The notes: generated by a model from the sequence alone, not told the origin. DNA of 63,786 bases, filler included, from Thermodesulfobacteriota bacterium (GCA_036381125.1; 8 parts of 8 records of this genome joined end to end with filler, not necessarily neighbours in it); one strand, 5' to 3'; positions 8,893 through 18,241 are shown, numbered from the whole stretch's first letter. Numbers and translations: made by a program.

Positions 8893-10035
8893 TCAACGAG
8901 CCAAGTGTGTCGCTGGTGTGTCTCTTCGGCTGAGGACCGCCTCGAGCCGCTCGGCGGCCTCCTGCTGCATGGTCGGGAGGACGTGCGAGTAGGTGTCGAG
9001 CGTGAGCGTGATGGAGGCGTGCCCCAGTCGCTCGGACACCACCTTGGGGTTCACGCCCTGAACGAGCAGCAGCGTGGCACAGGTGTGGCGAAGGTCGTAG
9101 AGCCGGATCGTGCTCGGCAGCCCCGCCTTCTTCAGCACCGCCTTGAACCGCCGCCGGACGGTGCTGTGCTCGTCCAACGGCCGGCCCTCGTGACTGGCGA
9201 AGACCGGATCGGTGGGCGCCTTGAAGGGCGAGGCCATGAAGTGCTCGCGCAGGAGCCGGGTGATGCTCGCCGGCAGAGGAATCGTCCGCCGGCTTCGGCT
9301 GGTCTTCGGCTCCGTGTAGCGCCAGGTGCCCGCCCGCTGGACGACAACGCGCCTCACCGTCACGGTCCCGGCTCGCAGGTCGACGTCCTGCCACTGCAGG
9401 CCCAGGTACTCGCTGGGCCGCATCCCCGTCGCGAGCGCGAACAGGAACACAGGACCGCAGCGGTCTGACGCCGCCGCGGCGACGAACTTCGCGACCTCGT
9501 CCTCGGTGAGGGCCCGCATCTCCTTCCGGTCTTGCTTGGGCAGGTCCACGGCCTCGGCCGGATTCCGGATGAGCATCCGCCATCGGACCGCCTGCTTGAG
9601 GGCGCTTGAGAGCACGGCGTGGACGTAGCGGACCGTCCTTGCCGAGAGGCCCTTCGAGAGCATCTCGGTGTAGAGGCCCTGGATGTCCAGCGGCGTGATT
9701 TCGCGGAGCTTCCGGCTGCCGAGGGCCGGGCGGACGTATCGCTTCAGGTTCCACTCGTAGACCGCGTAGGTTCGCTCCCGGAGCTTGGCCTTCGCGACGT
9801 CCTCGAGCCATCGGTCCAGGTACTCGTTCAAGGTCATCCGGCTTGGCTCGATCAGCTCGTGGAGATCCTTCTTCCGAAGCCAGTCGTTCAGGAGGGCCTG
9901 TGCGTCCTTCTTCGTGCCATGGACGGTCTTGCCGATGTACTTCTTCCGCAGCGTGCCGTCGGGCGCCTTCTCCCGGCCGGCATAGACCCTCACCAGCCAG
10001 AGCCGCTCACCACGCTTGATGATCTGTCCTGCCAT
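8893..10035 (-). CDS. tyrosine recombinase/integrase
   Basis: TGMRPSE, YDLRH, ERLGHAS, DTYSH catalytic motifs; ATG 10035 after AAGGAG. Confidence 0.95.
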   Translation of the reverse strand: MAGQIIKRGERLWLVRVYAGREKAPDGTLRKKYIGKTVHGTKKDAQALLNDWLRKKDLHELIEPSRMTLNEYLDRWLEDVAKAKLRERTYAVYEWNLKRYVRPALGSRKLREITPLDIQGLYTEMLSKGLSARTVRYVHAVLSSALKQAVRWRMLIRNPAEAVDLPKQDRKEMRALTEDEVAKFVAAAASDRCGPVFLFALATGMRPSEYLGLQWQDVDLRAGTVTVRRVVVQRAGTWRYTEPKTSRSRRTIPLPASITRLLREHFMASPFKAPTDPVFASHEGRPLDEHSTVRRRFKAVLKKAGLPSTIRLYDLRHTCATLLLVQGVNPKVVSERLGHASITLTLDTYSHVLPTMQQEAAERLEAVLSRRDTPATHLAR

Positions 10036-10046
10036 GGGTGTTCTCC

Positions 10047-10496
10047 TTACCCGTTGCCTCTCGGTCGTCCGCGAAGGTCGCTCGGGCGGAACCGCACGAA
10101 CTTCCCGATCCGGACACACGGAATCTCCCCCCGCTTGGCGAGTTCGTAGACGGTCTTCTCCTTCAGGCCGAGAAGTTCCGCGACCTCCTTGGCCGTGAGG
10201 AGACGCTCGCAGGCGGCGTCGTTCCGAGGCGTTGACGGCCCGCTGGGCCGGCCCTCCAGTAACCTGCCGAACAGCACCCCCCTGACCCGCTCGAGCCGAC
10301 CAAGGATGCGGGGGACATCCTCAGGCGGGACAGTTTCGAGACGGCCCATCACCACGTCGACAGGAATCTCCTCTTGCGCTTCGATGGTCGCGGCCGCCAG
10401 GCGCCGGGGTCTCTCTCCGGCGGGGGCCCAGCCAGGGAGCAGTTCGAGCACGCGCTCTGGAATAGACCACTGCGCGTGCCGCCTACTACTTGCCAT
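10047..10496 (-). CDS. excisionase-family HTH protein (start uncertain)
   Basis: LLTAKEVAELLGLKEKTVYELAKRGEIPCVRIGKFVRF at the C-terminus. Confidence 0.8.
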   Translation of the reverse strand: MASSRRHAQWSIPERVLELLPGWAPAGERPRRLAAATIEAQEEIPVDVVMGRLETVPPEDVPRILGRLERVRGVLFGRLLEGRPSGPSTPRNDAACERLLTAKEVAELLGLKEKTVYELAKRGEIPCVRIGKFVRFRPSDLRGRPRGNG

Positions 10497-11199
10497 CGTT
10501 CTTCCCCTTTGCTGCTGCTCTGGCCCGTCCTGAGCGCGTCCGTGCAGCCTGGGCTCGTGACCGGCGGGTTGCCGTTCGGCTCTGGCACTGGGGCGAGCAA
10601 TAGGCCTGGTTAGACCGCTCGGCCAGGAACCAGCGGCCGCACACCTCTCCAGGTTCGCGGCGCGGCGCCGGCGCGGGGCAGACGCGAATCAGATGCGCGT
10701 ACTCCTCAAGCGACCGGGCCAGGAGGAACGTCATCAGCTTGTCGTGCTTCAGGCCCCGGTACTCGACTGTGGTGCCTGACTCCGATACAGGTGCCACCTC
10801 CGCTCCGACCGAAGGCCGCGTCGTGATGACCTCTTCGAATCGGTACGGACCCAGGGTGGCCCGTCGCGTCCCGATAAGCGCGAGGAAGATCTTCCGGAAC
10901 GCTTGCTGTGTCTGGCGGATCTCATCTTCGGCAGCGACCGATCGCTCGACAGGCTGATCGAACCAGCCCCCAGAAGGGCGTGAGAAAGCCGCCACCTCGG
11001 CCTGCGTGGCAAGCCACGCCGGCTCGGGCAGCTGGTCCAACCGCCGCTGCGCGAAGTCGAGGGCCCATTCAAGTCGGGCTCGACGGTTCTGGCTGACTCG
11101 CTCCAGCTCGCGAGCCCCTTCTTGCATCCGCCCCAAGGCTCTAGTGCCTCGCGTCTTCGACTGAGTCTGTTCCACGACTTCTTTGGACCTCCCTCTCAA
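10486..11199 (-). CDS. CGNR zinc-finger-like protein
   Basis: C-terminal C...CGRWF......Q.YCSPQCQ.R...RR.R; start may be GTG 11175. Confidence 0.65.
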   Translation of the reverse strand: MRGRSKEVVEQTQSKTRGTRALGRMQEGARELERVSQNRRARLEWALDFAQRRLDQLPEPAWLATQAEVAAFSRPSGGWFDQPVERSVAAEDEIRQTQQAFRKIFLALIGTRRATLGPYRFEEVITTRPSVGAEVAPVSESGTTVEYRGLKHDKLMTFLLARSLEEYAHLIRVCPAPAPRREPGEVCGRWFLAERSNQAYCSPQCQSRTATRRSRAQAARTRSGRARAAAKGKNDGK

Positions 11200-11243
11200 A
11201 GCTTGCCGGTGGGCGCCAAGTCCTCGTCCTCCGTCGTGATGGC

Positions 11244-11293
11244 ATTATAGAGGTAATGGCGACTCTTGACAAGCCATTACCCTCTGCTATACC
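11244..11293. promoter_or_regulatory. back-to-back sigma70 promoters with a palindromic operator
   Basis: minus strand TTGTCA-N17-TATAAT (11272-11244); plus strand TTGACA-N16-TATACC (11266-11293); inverted repeat GGTAATGGC-N12-GCCATTACC (11252-11281). Confidence 0.6.
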
Positions 11294-11402
11294 TAGGCTG
11301 AGGAGAGGTCTGCGCTGGCGATCGCGTTTGCGGTCGGGGCCGTTTGAGTGGTGGTCAGGGCAGGGGTGCGTCGGACCGGTGCGCGAGAGAGCTGGCCGCC
11401 CA

Positions 11403-11502
11403 NNNNNNNNNNNNNNNNNNNNNNNNNNNNNNNNNNNNNNNNNNNNTTAATTAATTAANNNNNNNNNNNNNNNNNNNNNNNNNNNNNNNNNNNNNNNNNN
11501 NN
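11403..11502. other. artificial contig-joining spacer; same at 26423-26522, 34368-34467, 46753-46852, 53728-53827, 57226-57325, 59714-59813
   Basis: 100 bp of N with a central TTAATTAATTAA (stops in all six frames). Confidence 0.99.
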
Positions 11503-11933
11503 AGGTCGATCTCGAGGCCGCCCGACCGGTACCGGCGCGGCGCGGCCGGTCCCCCCGCGGCGCGGCGCAGGAGCGCCCGGATGCGGGCGAGCAGCTCGCG
11601 CGGGTTGAAGGGCTTGGCCAGGTAGTCGTCGGCGCCGAGCTCGAGGCCGACGACCTTGTCGACGTCGTCGCCGCGGGCCGTCAGCATCAGGACCGGCACG
11701 GCCGCGGTCTCGGGCGTCGCCCGGATGCGACGGCAGATCTCGAACCCGTCCAGCCCCGGAAGCATCACGTCGAGGACGACGGCGTCGACCCGCTCCCGCC
11801 GGAGCACGTCGAGGCCGCGCCGGCCGTCGCCGGCGATCGTCACGTCCATCTCGTGCCGGCCGAGGTACTCGGCCACCAGGTCGGCAAGCCGCCGGTCGTC
11901 CTCGATGAGGAGCACGGCTGCGCGGGGAACCAT
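11503..11933 (-). CDS. OmpR/CpxR-family response regulator (truncated)
   Basis: IEDD, LDVMLPG, LTAR, GADDYLAKPF. Confidence 0.9.
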
Positions 11934-11959
11934 CTCTCCCAGCCTAACGCATCTCGCGC

Positions 11960-12119
11960 GGGGTCAGGTCTTTCCATTTTCCATGGGGTCAGGCCTTTCC
12001 ATTTTCCAGGGGGTCAGCCCTTTCCATTTTCCCGGCCGACGGCGATGGAAAACGTTGAGACCTGACCCCATGGAAAACGTTGAGACCTGACCCCATGGAA
12101 AACGTTGAGACCTGACCCC
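11960..12119. repeat. two inverted arrays of 3 x 25-bp GGGGTCAG-tagged repeats around a 14-bp core (MITE/TIR-like)
   Basis: left units at 11960, 11985, 12010 (GGGGTCAG.(C/T)CTTTCCATTTTCC-type); right units at 12047, 12072, 12097 (GGAAAACGTTGAGACCTGACCCC). Confidence 0.9.
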
Positions 12120-12139
12120 CGATGGAAGCTGGATGGCGG

Positions 12140-12583
12140 CTAGTGGTGCCGGGCGCGGAGGTTGCGGACGTGGTCGGCGAGGACCCTGCGCTGCTCGGGC
12201 GTCAGGACGTCGTGGACCTCCAGGAGCGCCTGGTGCATGGCCTCGGCGATCTCGCGGCGGCGGGCCTCGGCCTCCTGGTGGAGCGCGGCCACCTGCTGCT
12301 CGTCCACCTGGTCGGCCTCGAAGAGCGCCAGGGCCCTTTCGAGGTGATCCTGCCGGGCGCCCCGCTGGGCCTCCACCGCGGCGAAGACCCGGTCGCGCGC
12401 CGCGTGGATCCGCTGGCGCTGCTCGTCGGTGACGTTCGCCTCGTCGAGCAGAGACGAGACGACGCGCTTCATCATCCCGTCGCGCCAGCCGTGGCCCCAG
12501 TGGCCGGCGGCGACGGCGGTCCATCCGGCGACGAGGCCGACGGTCAGAAGCGCGCCGAGGCCGATCATCGTACGTCGTGTCAT
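12140..12583 (-). CDS. Spy/CpxP-family periplasmic protein
   Basis: signal peptide, VTDEQR and LTPEQR (LTxxQ) motifs; upstream of the response regulator. Confidence 0.8.
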   Translation of the reverse strand: MTRRTMIGLGALLTVGLVAGWTAVAAGHWGHGWRDGMMKRVVSSLLDEANVTDEQRQRIHAARDRVFAAVEAQRGARQDHLERALALFEADQVDEQQVAALHQEAEARRREIAEAMHQALLEVHDVLTPEQRRVLADHVRNLRARHH

Positions 12584-12734
12584 GTGCGACCCTCCTGTTC
12601 GAACCGGGCGGGCGTGGTCCCCCGCCTCTCGTCCCACAGGGTGGGGCACAGCCGTTTCGTCGATGCGACGGACGTGTAAAGCCGTGTAAACGCGGATCGC
12701 ACCCGCGACCCTCCTGCAGGGTGGCGGAGTGGAC

Positions 12735-12788
12735 ACTTGTATACACGGATACTTGTATCTTGACTGCCGCGTGACCGACGCGTATCCT
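12735..12788 (+). promoter_or_regulatory. sigma70 promoter and candidate GntR/FadR operator
   Basis: TTGACT-N17-TATCCT (12760-12788); palindrome TGTATACA (12738-12745); ACTTGTAT repeated at 12735 and 12751. Confidence 0.5.
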
Positions 12789-12842
12789 GCCCGGCAGGCT
12801 GTCAATCACCGTTCTGTTCCCGGTCGGATCCGAGAAGGCAGG

Positions 12843-13568
12843 ATGGCCAGCACCCGACTCGAGCCACTCGCAGGCACGGCTCCGGCGTACGCGCCGCTGC
12901 GCATCAGCGTCATGGAGGCCATCCGGGAGGCGATACTCGACGGGCGCATCGCCCCCGGCGAACCGCTGATCGAGAGTCATCTCGCCGAGCAGCTCGGCGT
13001 GAGCCGTACGCCGGTCCGGGAAGGGCTGCGCGCCCTCGAGCGAGAGGGGCTCATCACCGCGCTGCCGGGGCGTCGGCTCATCGTCGCCAAGCCGACCGAG
13101 CGGGAGATCCAGCACCTCTACGACATCCGGCTCGCCCTCGAGAGCCTCGCGGTCCGGAGGGCCGCCGGGCGCGTCGTGGCCGCCGACGCCGCCGCCCTGC
13201 GGGCCATGGTGGCCGACATGCGCGAGGCTCTGGCCGCCTCCGACGTAGCCCGCCTCGAGCTGGCCGGCCGCCGGTTCCACGAGGGGCTCCTGCGCCTGTC
13301 GGGCAACGAGATCCTCGAGTCGATGCTCGGCAGCGTGGCGGCTCGCACGCACTACCTGCGCCGGCTCGGCCTCGCCTCGGGCGAGGCCGTCGCGGCGCGC
13401 ACCACGGACGAGCACGCGGCGCTTTGCGAGGCGGTGATCGCGGGCGACGCCGAGGAAGCAGAGGCGCTGATCGAGCGGCACATCGAGTTCGGTCGGGAGA
13501 CGGCGCTCCGGGAGCTGGGCGGGGAAGCGACGCCCATGACGGTCAAGGAGGATCGGGATGCGACGTAA
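12843..13568 (+). CDS. GntR-family (FCD) transcriptional regulator
   Basis: LAEQLGVSRTPVREGL HTH; FH...SGN, EH motifs. Confidence 0.92.
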   Translation: MASTRLEPLAGTAPAYAPLRISVMEAIREAILDGRIAPGEPLIESHLAEQLGVSRTPVREGLRALEREGLITALPGRRLIVAKPTEREIQHLYDIRLALESLAVRRAAGRVVAADAAALRAMVADMREALAASDVARLELAGRRFHEGLLRLSGNEILESMLGSVAARTHYLRRLGLASGEAVAARTTDEHAALCEAVIAGDAEEAEALIERHIEFGRETALRELGGEATPMTVKEDRDAT

Positions 13569-14904
13569 GCAGCAGGAGAACCGGGCCACGGGGAGGAGCG
13601 GGGCGACACGGCGCGAGGCGCTCCGCGGGGCCGGTCTCGCCCTGGCGGGGCTGGCCGCGGGGGCGCCGGGGCGCGCGTTCGGGGCACCGGCGGTGGGGCG
13701 CAAGGTCAAGCTGGTCTACTGGTCGCCGCTCGACCACAGCCAGCCGAACCCGCGCTCGAGGGCCGAGAAGCGGATGGTCGACATGTTCCGGGAGCGGCAC
13801 CCGGACATCGAGGTCGAGGTGCAGGCGGTCCCGTGGCAGCAGATGGACTCCCGCGTCATCCAGGCGGCCGCCGCCGGCCGGGCGCCGGACGTCGCGCAGC
13901 TGTCGACGTACGGCCTGCCGCTGCACATTCCCGCGCGGTCGCTCCAGCCGCTCGACGGGTGGGTCGGCAAGCGGTGGACGAAGGCCGATTGGGACGACTT
14001 CGTGCTGCCGGTCTCCAACACCACCTACAATGGCAAACTCATGGGGGTCTACTGGAACTCGCTCCTCTGCTCCGCGCTCTGGTACCGGACCGACCTCCTC
14101 GAGGAGCGGGGACTCGGCGTGCCCCAGAGCTGGGACGAGCTGGGCAAGACGGCCGCCGCGCTGCAGACGGATCGGAGGGTCGGCTACATCATCGGCCTCA
14201 GCAAGGACGGCAACGCCATCGGCCTGACGAACTGGCTGATCCCCGCCTTCTGGGGCGCCGGGACCGAGGTCCTGCACGAGGACGGCCGGGCCGCGTTCGA
14301 CAACGAGAAGGGGGCGCGGGCGCTGGAGTGGCTGTCGGACATGGTCTACAGGTACAAGGCCGCGCCGCCCTCCATCGTGTCGACGACGCGCGACCAGATG
14401 ATCGACGCCTTCGCCGCCGGCACGGCCGCCTTCACCCACCTCTCGAGCAACGTCGTGGCCACCGCCCGCAAGGGGCAGTTCGGCAAGTTCCTCGGCATCG
14501 CGCCGTCGCCCGGCCCGGACCGCGGCAAGCCGCTGCCGGCGCTGGTGACGGGGAAGTTCCTCGTCATGAGCAAGGACTGCAAGGAGCAGGAGGCGGCGGG
14601 CCTGTTCATCGAGCACATGCTCTCGCCCGAGGCCCAGCTCGTGAACGCGAAGCTCGCCGGCGAGCCGCCCTCGCGCAAGTCGGTCCTCAAGGACCCCTGG
14701 TTCCAGACGCCCGAGGCGGCCGACATGCGCATCCAGCTCGAGTACATGGCCGACCACCCGCACCCGTGGAAGTACCACTCGAAGAACAACTTCCTCGGCG
14801 ACCTCTTCGCAGGCGGCGCTCAGGACATGATCCAGAACCGCCGGCCGGCCAGGGAGATCCTCACCGAGATCGCGAAGCGGTGGAACGCCGAGATCGAGCT
14901 GTAG
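13558..14904 (+). CDS. ABC transporter substrate-binding protein (sugar/CUT1 type), Tat signal
   Basis: TRREAL twin-arginine signal; PDV, LWYRTDLLE, PQSWDEL. Confidence 0.9.
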   Translation: MRRKQQENRATGRSGATRREALRGAGLALAGLAAGAPGRAFGAPAVGRKVKLVYWSPLDHSQPNPRSRAEKRMVDMFRERHPDIEVEVQAVPWQQMDSRVIQAAAAGRAPDVAQLSTYGLPLHIPARSLQPLDGWVGKRWTKADWDDFVLPVSNTTYNGKLMGVYWNSLLCSALWYRTDLLEERGLGVPQSWDELGKTAAALQTDRRVGYIIGLSKDGNAIGLTNWLIPAFWGAGTEVLHEDGRAAFDNEKGARALEWLSDMVYRYKAAPPSIVSTTRDQMIDAFAAGTAAFTHLSSNVVATARKGQFGKFLGIAPSPGPDRGKPLPALVTGKFLVMSKDCKEQEAAGLFIEHMLSPEAQLVNAKLAGEPPSRKSVLKDPWFQTPEAADMRIQLEYMADHPHPWKYHSKNNFLGDLFAGGAQDMIQNRRPAREILTEIAKRWNAEIEL

Positions 14905-15797
14905 CGCCGGCGAAGCCCGGAGCCGGTGCTGCCCTCCTGGGGCAGTACCGGCTCCCGGTCCTGTTCCTCGGGCCGGCGGTCCTCCTCGTGCTCCTCGTGA
15001 ACTTCGTGCCGCTCGGCTACGCGCTGGTCTACAGCGTGTACCGGACGGAGTTCGTCCGGCGCGTGTCCTTCCTGGGGCTCCGGTACTACCTGCGGTTCCT
15101 GACGGACCCGGAAGGGCTCAACAACGTCCTGCGGACGTTCCAGTACGTCTTCGGCTCGCTGGCCCTGGCGCTCCCCCTGGGCCTGCTCATCGCGCTGCTC
15201 ATCCACCGGGTGGAGAAGGGCAAGACGTTCTTCCGGACGCTCATCATCCTGCCCTGGATCGTGTCGCAGATCATCACTGCGCTCACCTGGAGCTGGCTCG
15301 TGAACCCGCAGTTCGGGCCGGTGACGTACTTCGTCCGCGAAGGGTTCGGCGGGGCGTTCAACGCCCTCGGCACGCCGACGGGCGCCATGGCGACGCTCGT
15401 CCTCGCCAACGTCTGGCACTCGTTCCCGTACCCGATGCTCCTGATCCTCGCCGCGCTCCAGACGGTGCCGCGCGAGGCCATCGAGGCGGCGCTCGTCGAG
15501 GGGGCGTCGCGGTGGACGCGCCTCTTCCGGATCCGACTGCCGCTCATCCGGAACACCATCCTCATCGCCACCGTCATGATGACGATCCACTACTTCAACA
15601 TGGTGACGCTGCCGCTCGTCCTCACCGGAGGGGGCCCGGCCGGCGCCACGGAGGTCATGGCCATCCGCGTCTACCGCGAGGCGTTCCAGCTCTTCCACGT
15701 CGGGTACGCGTCGGCCATCGCGGTCTACATGTTCCTCTTCAACATCCTCTTCAGCGTCATCTACGTCCGGATCCTGCGGGGGGAGGGGCACGCGTGA
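14880..15797 (+). CDS. ABC permease (MalF/UgpA type), start uncertain
   Basis: RTLIILPW, EAALVEGAS EAA loop, LTGGGP. Confidence 0.88.
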   Translation: MERRDRAVAPAKPGAGAALLGQYRLPVLFLGPAVLLVLLVNFVPLGYALVYSVYRTEFVRRVSFLGLRYYLRFLTDPEGLNNVLRTFQYVFGSLALALPLGLLIALLIHRVEKGKTFFRTLIILPWIVSQIITALTWSWLVNPQFGPVTYFVREGFGGAFNALGTPTGAMATLVLANVWHSFPYPMLLILAALQTVPREAIEAALVEGASRWTRLFRIRLPLIRNTILIATVMMTIHYFNMVTLPLVLTGGGPAGATEVMAIRVYREAFQLFHVGYASAIAVYMFLFNILFSVIYVRILRGEGHA

Positions 15798-16639
15798 CGC
15801 GGGCGCCGCGCAAGACGGCCGTCCGCGCCGACGACGTCGCGACGTACGTGATCCTCGCGGCGACGGTCGTCTTCTGTCTCGTGCCGGTCCTCTGGGCGCT
15901 CGTCACGTCGCTCAAGGTCGAGTCCGGCGTGGTCGCCTATCCGCCGCGCTGGTGGCCCGATCCGGTCACCCTCGAGAGTTACCGGCTCGTCTTCCAGTCG
16001 AACATGCCCCGGTACTACCTGAACAGCTTCGTCGTGGCGGTGCTGACGCTCGCCGCGACGCTCGCCGCCGGCAGCCTCGGCGGGTACGCGGCGGCGCGCT
16101 TCGACTTCCGGGGCAAGAAGCTCGTCCTCTTCCTGCTCCTGATGACGATCATGATCCCGGGCATCGTCGTCCTCGTGCCGCTCTACCTGATGGCCAACCA
16201 GGTGGGGCTCCAGGACACCTACCTCGGGCTCGTGCTCGTGTACGCCGGCTGGCAGGTGCCGACCGCCATCTGGCTCATGCGCGGGTTCTTCGAGTCGATC
16301 CCACGGGACCTCGAGGAGGCCGCGCTCATCGACGGCTGCACGCCGTTCCAGGCGTTCGTGCGGGTGATCCTCCCCCTCACGCGCCCGGGGCTGGCCGCGG
16401 CGTCGATGGTCGTCTTCATCTGGGTCTGGAACGAGTTCATCATCGCACTCACCTTGACCAGCTCGGACCAGATGCGGCTCGTCCCGGTGGGGCTGTACCT
16501 CTACGTCAGCTCCTTCGGGGTCGAGTGGGGGCCGCTCATGGCGGCCGTCTGCGTGGCGCTCCTGCCGGTCATCGGGCTGTTCGTCGTGCTGCAGCGGCAG
16601 TTCGTCGAGGGGCTCACCTCCGGCGGGACGAAGGGGTAG
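15794..16639 (+). CDS. ABC permease (MalG/UgpE type)
   Basis: GTGA overlap; EEAALIDGC, WNEF, QRQFVEGLTSGGTKG. Confidence 0.92.
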   Translation: MTRAPRKTAVRADDVATYVILAATVVFCLVPVLWALVTSLKVESGVVAYPPRWWPDPVTLESYRLVFQSNMPRYYLNSFVVAVLTLAATLAAGSLGGYAAARFDFRGKKLVLFLLLMTIMIPGIVVLVPLYLMANQVGLQDTYLGLVLVYAGWQVPTAIWLMRGFFESIPRDLEEAALIDGCTPFQAFVRVILPLTRPGLAAASMVVFIWVWNEFIIALTLTSSDQMRLVPVGLYLYVSSFGVEWGPLMAAVCVALLPVIGLFVVLQRQFVEGLTSGGTKG

Positions 16640-16643
16640 ACCG

Positions 16644-17681
16644 ATGACCATGCCGCTCACATCGGCGCGGATCGAGACCGCGGGGCCGCTCGAGGCGATG
16701 GAGGTCTTCCTCGAGCGGGGATGGACGGACGGGCTGCCGGTGGTGCCGCCGACGCCCGATCGGATCGAGGCGGCGCTCGCGGCCGCCGGCGTCGAGCCCG
16801 GCGCGGTGCTCGGGACGATCCCGGAGCGCCGGCGCACCGTGACCGCCGAGAAGGTCGCGGTCAACGCGGTCATGGCCGGCTGCCGGCCCGAGTACCTGCC
16901 GGTCGTCCTCGCCGCGGTCCGGGCGATGCTCGACCCGGCGTTCGGCCTTCACGGGCCGGCCGCGAGCACCGCCGGCGTGGCGCCGCTCGTGATCGTCAAC
17001 GGCCCGTACGGGCGGGCGATCGGCGTCAACGCCGGGCGCAACGTCTTCGGCCCCGGCCACCGCGCCAACGCCACCATCGGCCGGGCGGTCCGGCTCGTGC
17101 TCCACAACGTCTGCGGCGGCGTCTTCGACCGGGGCACCCTTGGCCACCCGGGCCGCTACACCTACTGCATCGGGGAGATCGAGGACGGCCGGTTCGACCC
17201 GCTCCACGTGGAGCGCGGCTTCGGCCGCGACGAGAGCGTCGTGACGGTCATGGCGGCCGAGGCGCCGAACCAGGTGTCGAACCACGTGTCGACGACGCCC
17301 GAGGGGATCCTCGCGACGATCGCCGACCGGATGCGTGCGCTCGGGAGCGCGAACGTCGGCGGCCGGCAGGAGATGCTCGTCGTCCTCTGCCCGGAGCACG
17401 CGGCGACCGTCGCGGCGGCCGGCTGGACGAAGCGGCAGGTGCGCGAGCACCTCTGGCGCACGGCGGTCCGGACCCGGGGGGAGCTCAAGGCGGGCGGCGT
17501 GCTGCCGCCCGACGCGCCGGGCGACGACGCCGAGGTGGTGCACGCGACGCCGGCGCCGGAGGACCTCCTGGTCGTCGTGGCGGGCGGGGAGGCGGGGCGC
17601 TTCTCGGCCGTCCTGCCCGGCTGGGCGCGCAAGTCGGACTGCCGGGCGGTGTCGGTGCGCATCGCCGTCCCGGAACGCTGA
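16644..17681 (+). CDS. conserved uncharacterised protein (GWTDGLPVVPPT family), neighbour of the UGSC protein
   Basis: GWTDGLPVVPPT, AVNAVMAGC.PEY.P, RANATIGRA, GHPGRY, PEHA motifs. Confidence 0.8.
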   Translation: MTMPLTSARIETAGPLEAMEVFLERGWTDGLPVVPPTPDRIEAALAAAGVEPGAVLGTIPERRRTVTAEKVAVNAVMAGCRPEYLPVVLAAVRAMLDPAFGLHGPAASTAGVAPLVIVNGPYGRAIGVNAGRNVFGPGHRANATIGRAVRLVLHNVCGGVFDRGTLGHPGRYTYCIGEIEDGRFDPLHVERGFGRDESVVTVMAAEAPNQVSNHVSTTPEGILATIADRMRALGSANVGGRQEMLVVLCPEHAATVAAAGWTKRQVREHLWRTAVRTRGELKAGGVLPPDAPGDDAEVVHATPAPEDLLVVVAGGEAGRFSAVLPGWARKSDCRAVSVRIAVPER

Positions 17682-17691
17682 GGAGGGCAAC

Positions 17692-18234
17692 ATGGAGCGA
17701 TTCGTCGTCCTCGATCCCACGGTGGAGGCCGACCCGCTGCCGGCGTCGGGGCCGGCGCCCCGTCCGCGAGCGCTCGCGGGGCGGAGGGTCGGGCTCCTCG
17801 ACAACACCAAGCGGAACGCCGACGCGGCGCTCGACCTCGTCGCGGAGTTCCTCGTCGAGAAGGAGCCGTCGATCACCGTCGTGCGACTGCGAAAGCCGAC
17901 GTCCGCCAGGCCGCTGCCCCCCGAGATGGTGGAGGAGGCCAGGCGCCGCTGCGACGTCGTGATCGCGGGCGTAGGCGACTGAGGGTCCTGCAGCGCGAGC
18001 AGTCTGCTCGACGGGATCCTTCTCGAACGGGCCGGCGTGCCGGCGGCCGTCATCTGCACCGAGCCCTTCCGGCAGTCGGCCGTCGAGATGGCGGCCGCGC
18101 AGGGCGTGCCGGACTACCCGTTCGTCCTCATGGCGCACCCGATCGGCGCCGCCACGCGGGAGGAACTCCGGGAACGGGTCCGGGCAGTGCTTCCGGAGGT
18201 GGTTGGCCTCCTCGTCGCCCACACCAAGGAGTGA
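17692..18234 (+). CDS. UGSC-family selenoprotein, 180 aa (Sec97)
   Basis: ATG 17692 after GGAGG; reads ...VIAGVGD-TGA-GSCSASSLLDGILLERAGVPAAVICTEPF...; in-frame TGA 17980-17982 joins track ORFs 17335-17982 and 18037-18234. Confidence 0.9.
17983..18019 (+). promoter_or_regulatory. putative bacterial SECIS element
   Basis: lower stem GGGTCCTG/CGGGATCC (two G-U pairs), upper stem CGAGC-AGTCT-GCTCG; loop 18 nt after UGA. Confidence 0.72.
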
Positions 18235-18241
18235 CCAGACG

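Larger units (their letters stand above)
8856..11402. mobile_element. left end of an integrative element/prophage-like island at tRNA-Arg (truncated by contig end)
   Basis: integrase, excisionase and regulator directly 3' of the tRNA; more A/T-ending codons than the flanking genes. Confidence 0.75.

Noticed and set aside
11403-11502. TTAATTAATTAA motifs as biological sites
   Set aside because: They are identical, N-flanked and 100 bp in total, so they are artificial linkers. ORFs running into them are truncated, not pseudogenes.
11960-12119. 25-bp repeat arrays (also 3846-3918) as CRISPR
   Set aside because: The units abut with no unique spacers, the arrays are inverted, and no cas genes are present.
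17679-17681. TGA ending the GWTDGLP protein as another Sec codon
   Set aside because: There is no redox motif context, and it is directly followed by the RBS and ATG of the next gene in a different frame.
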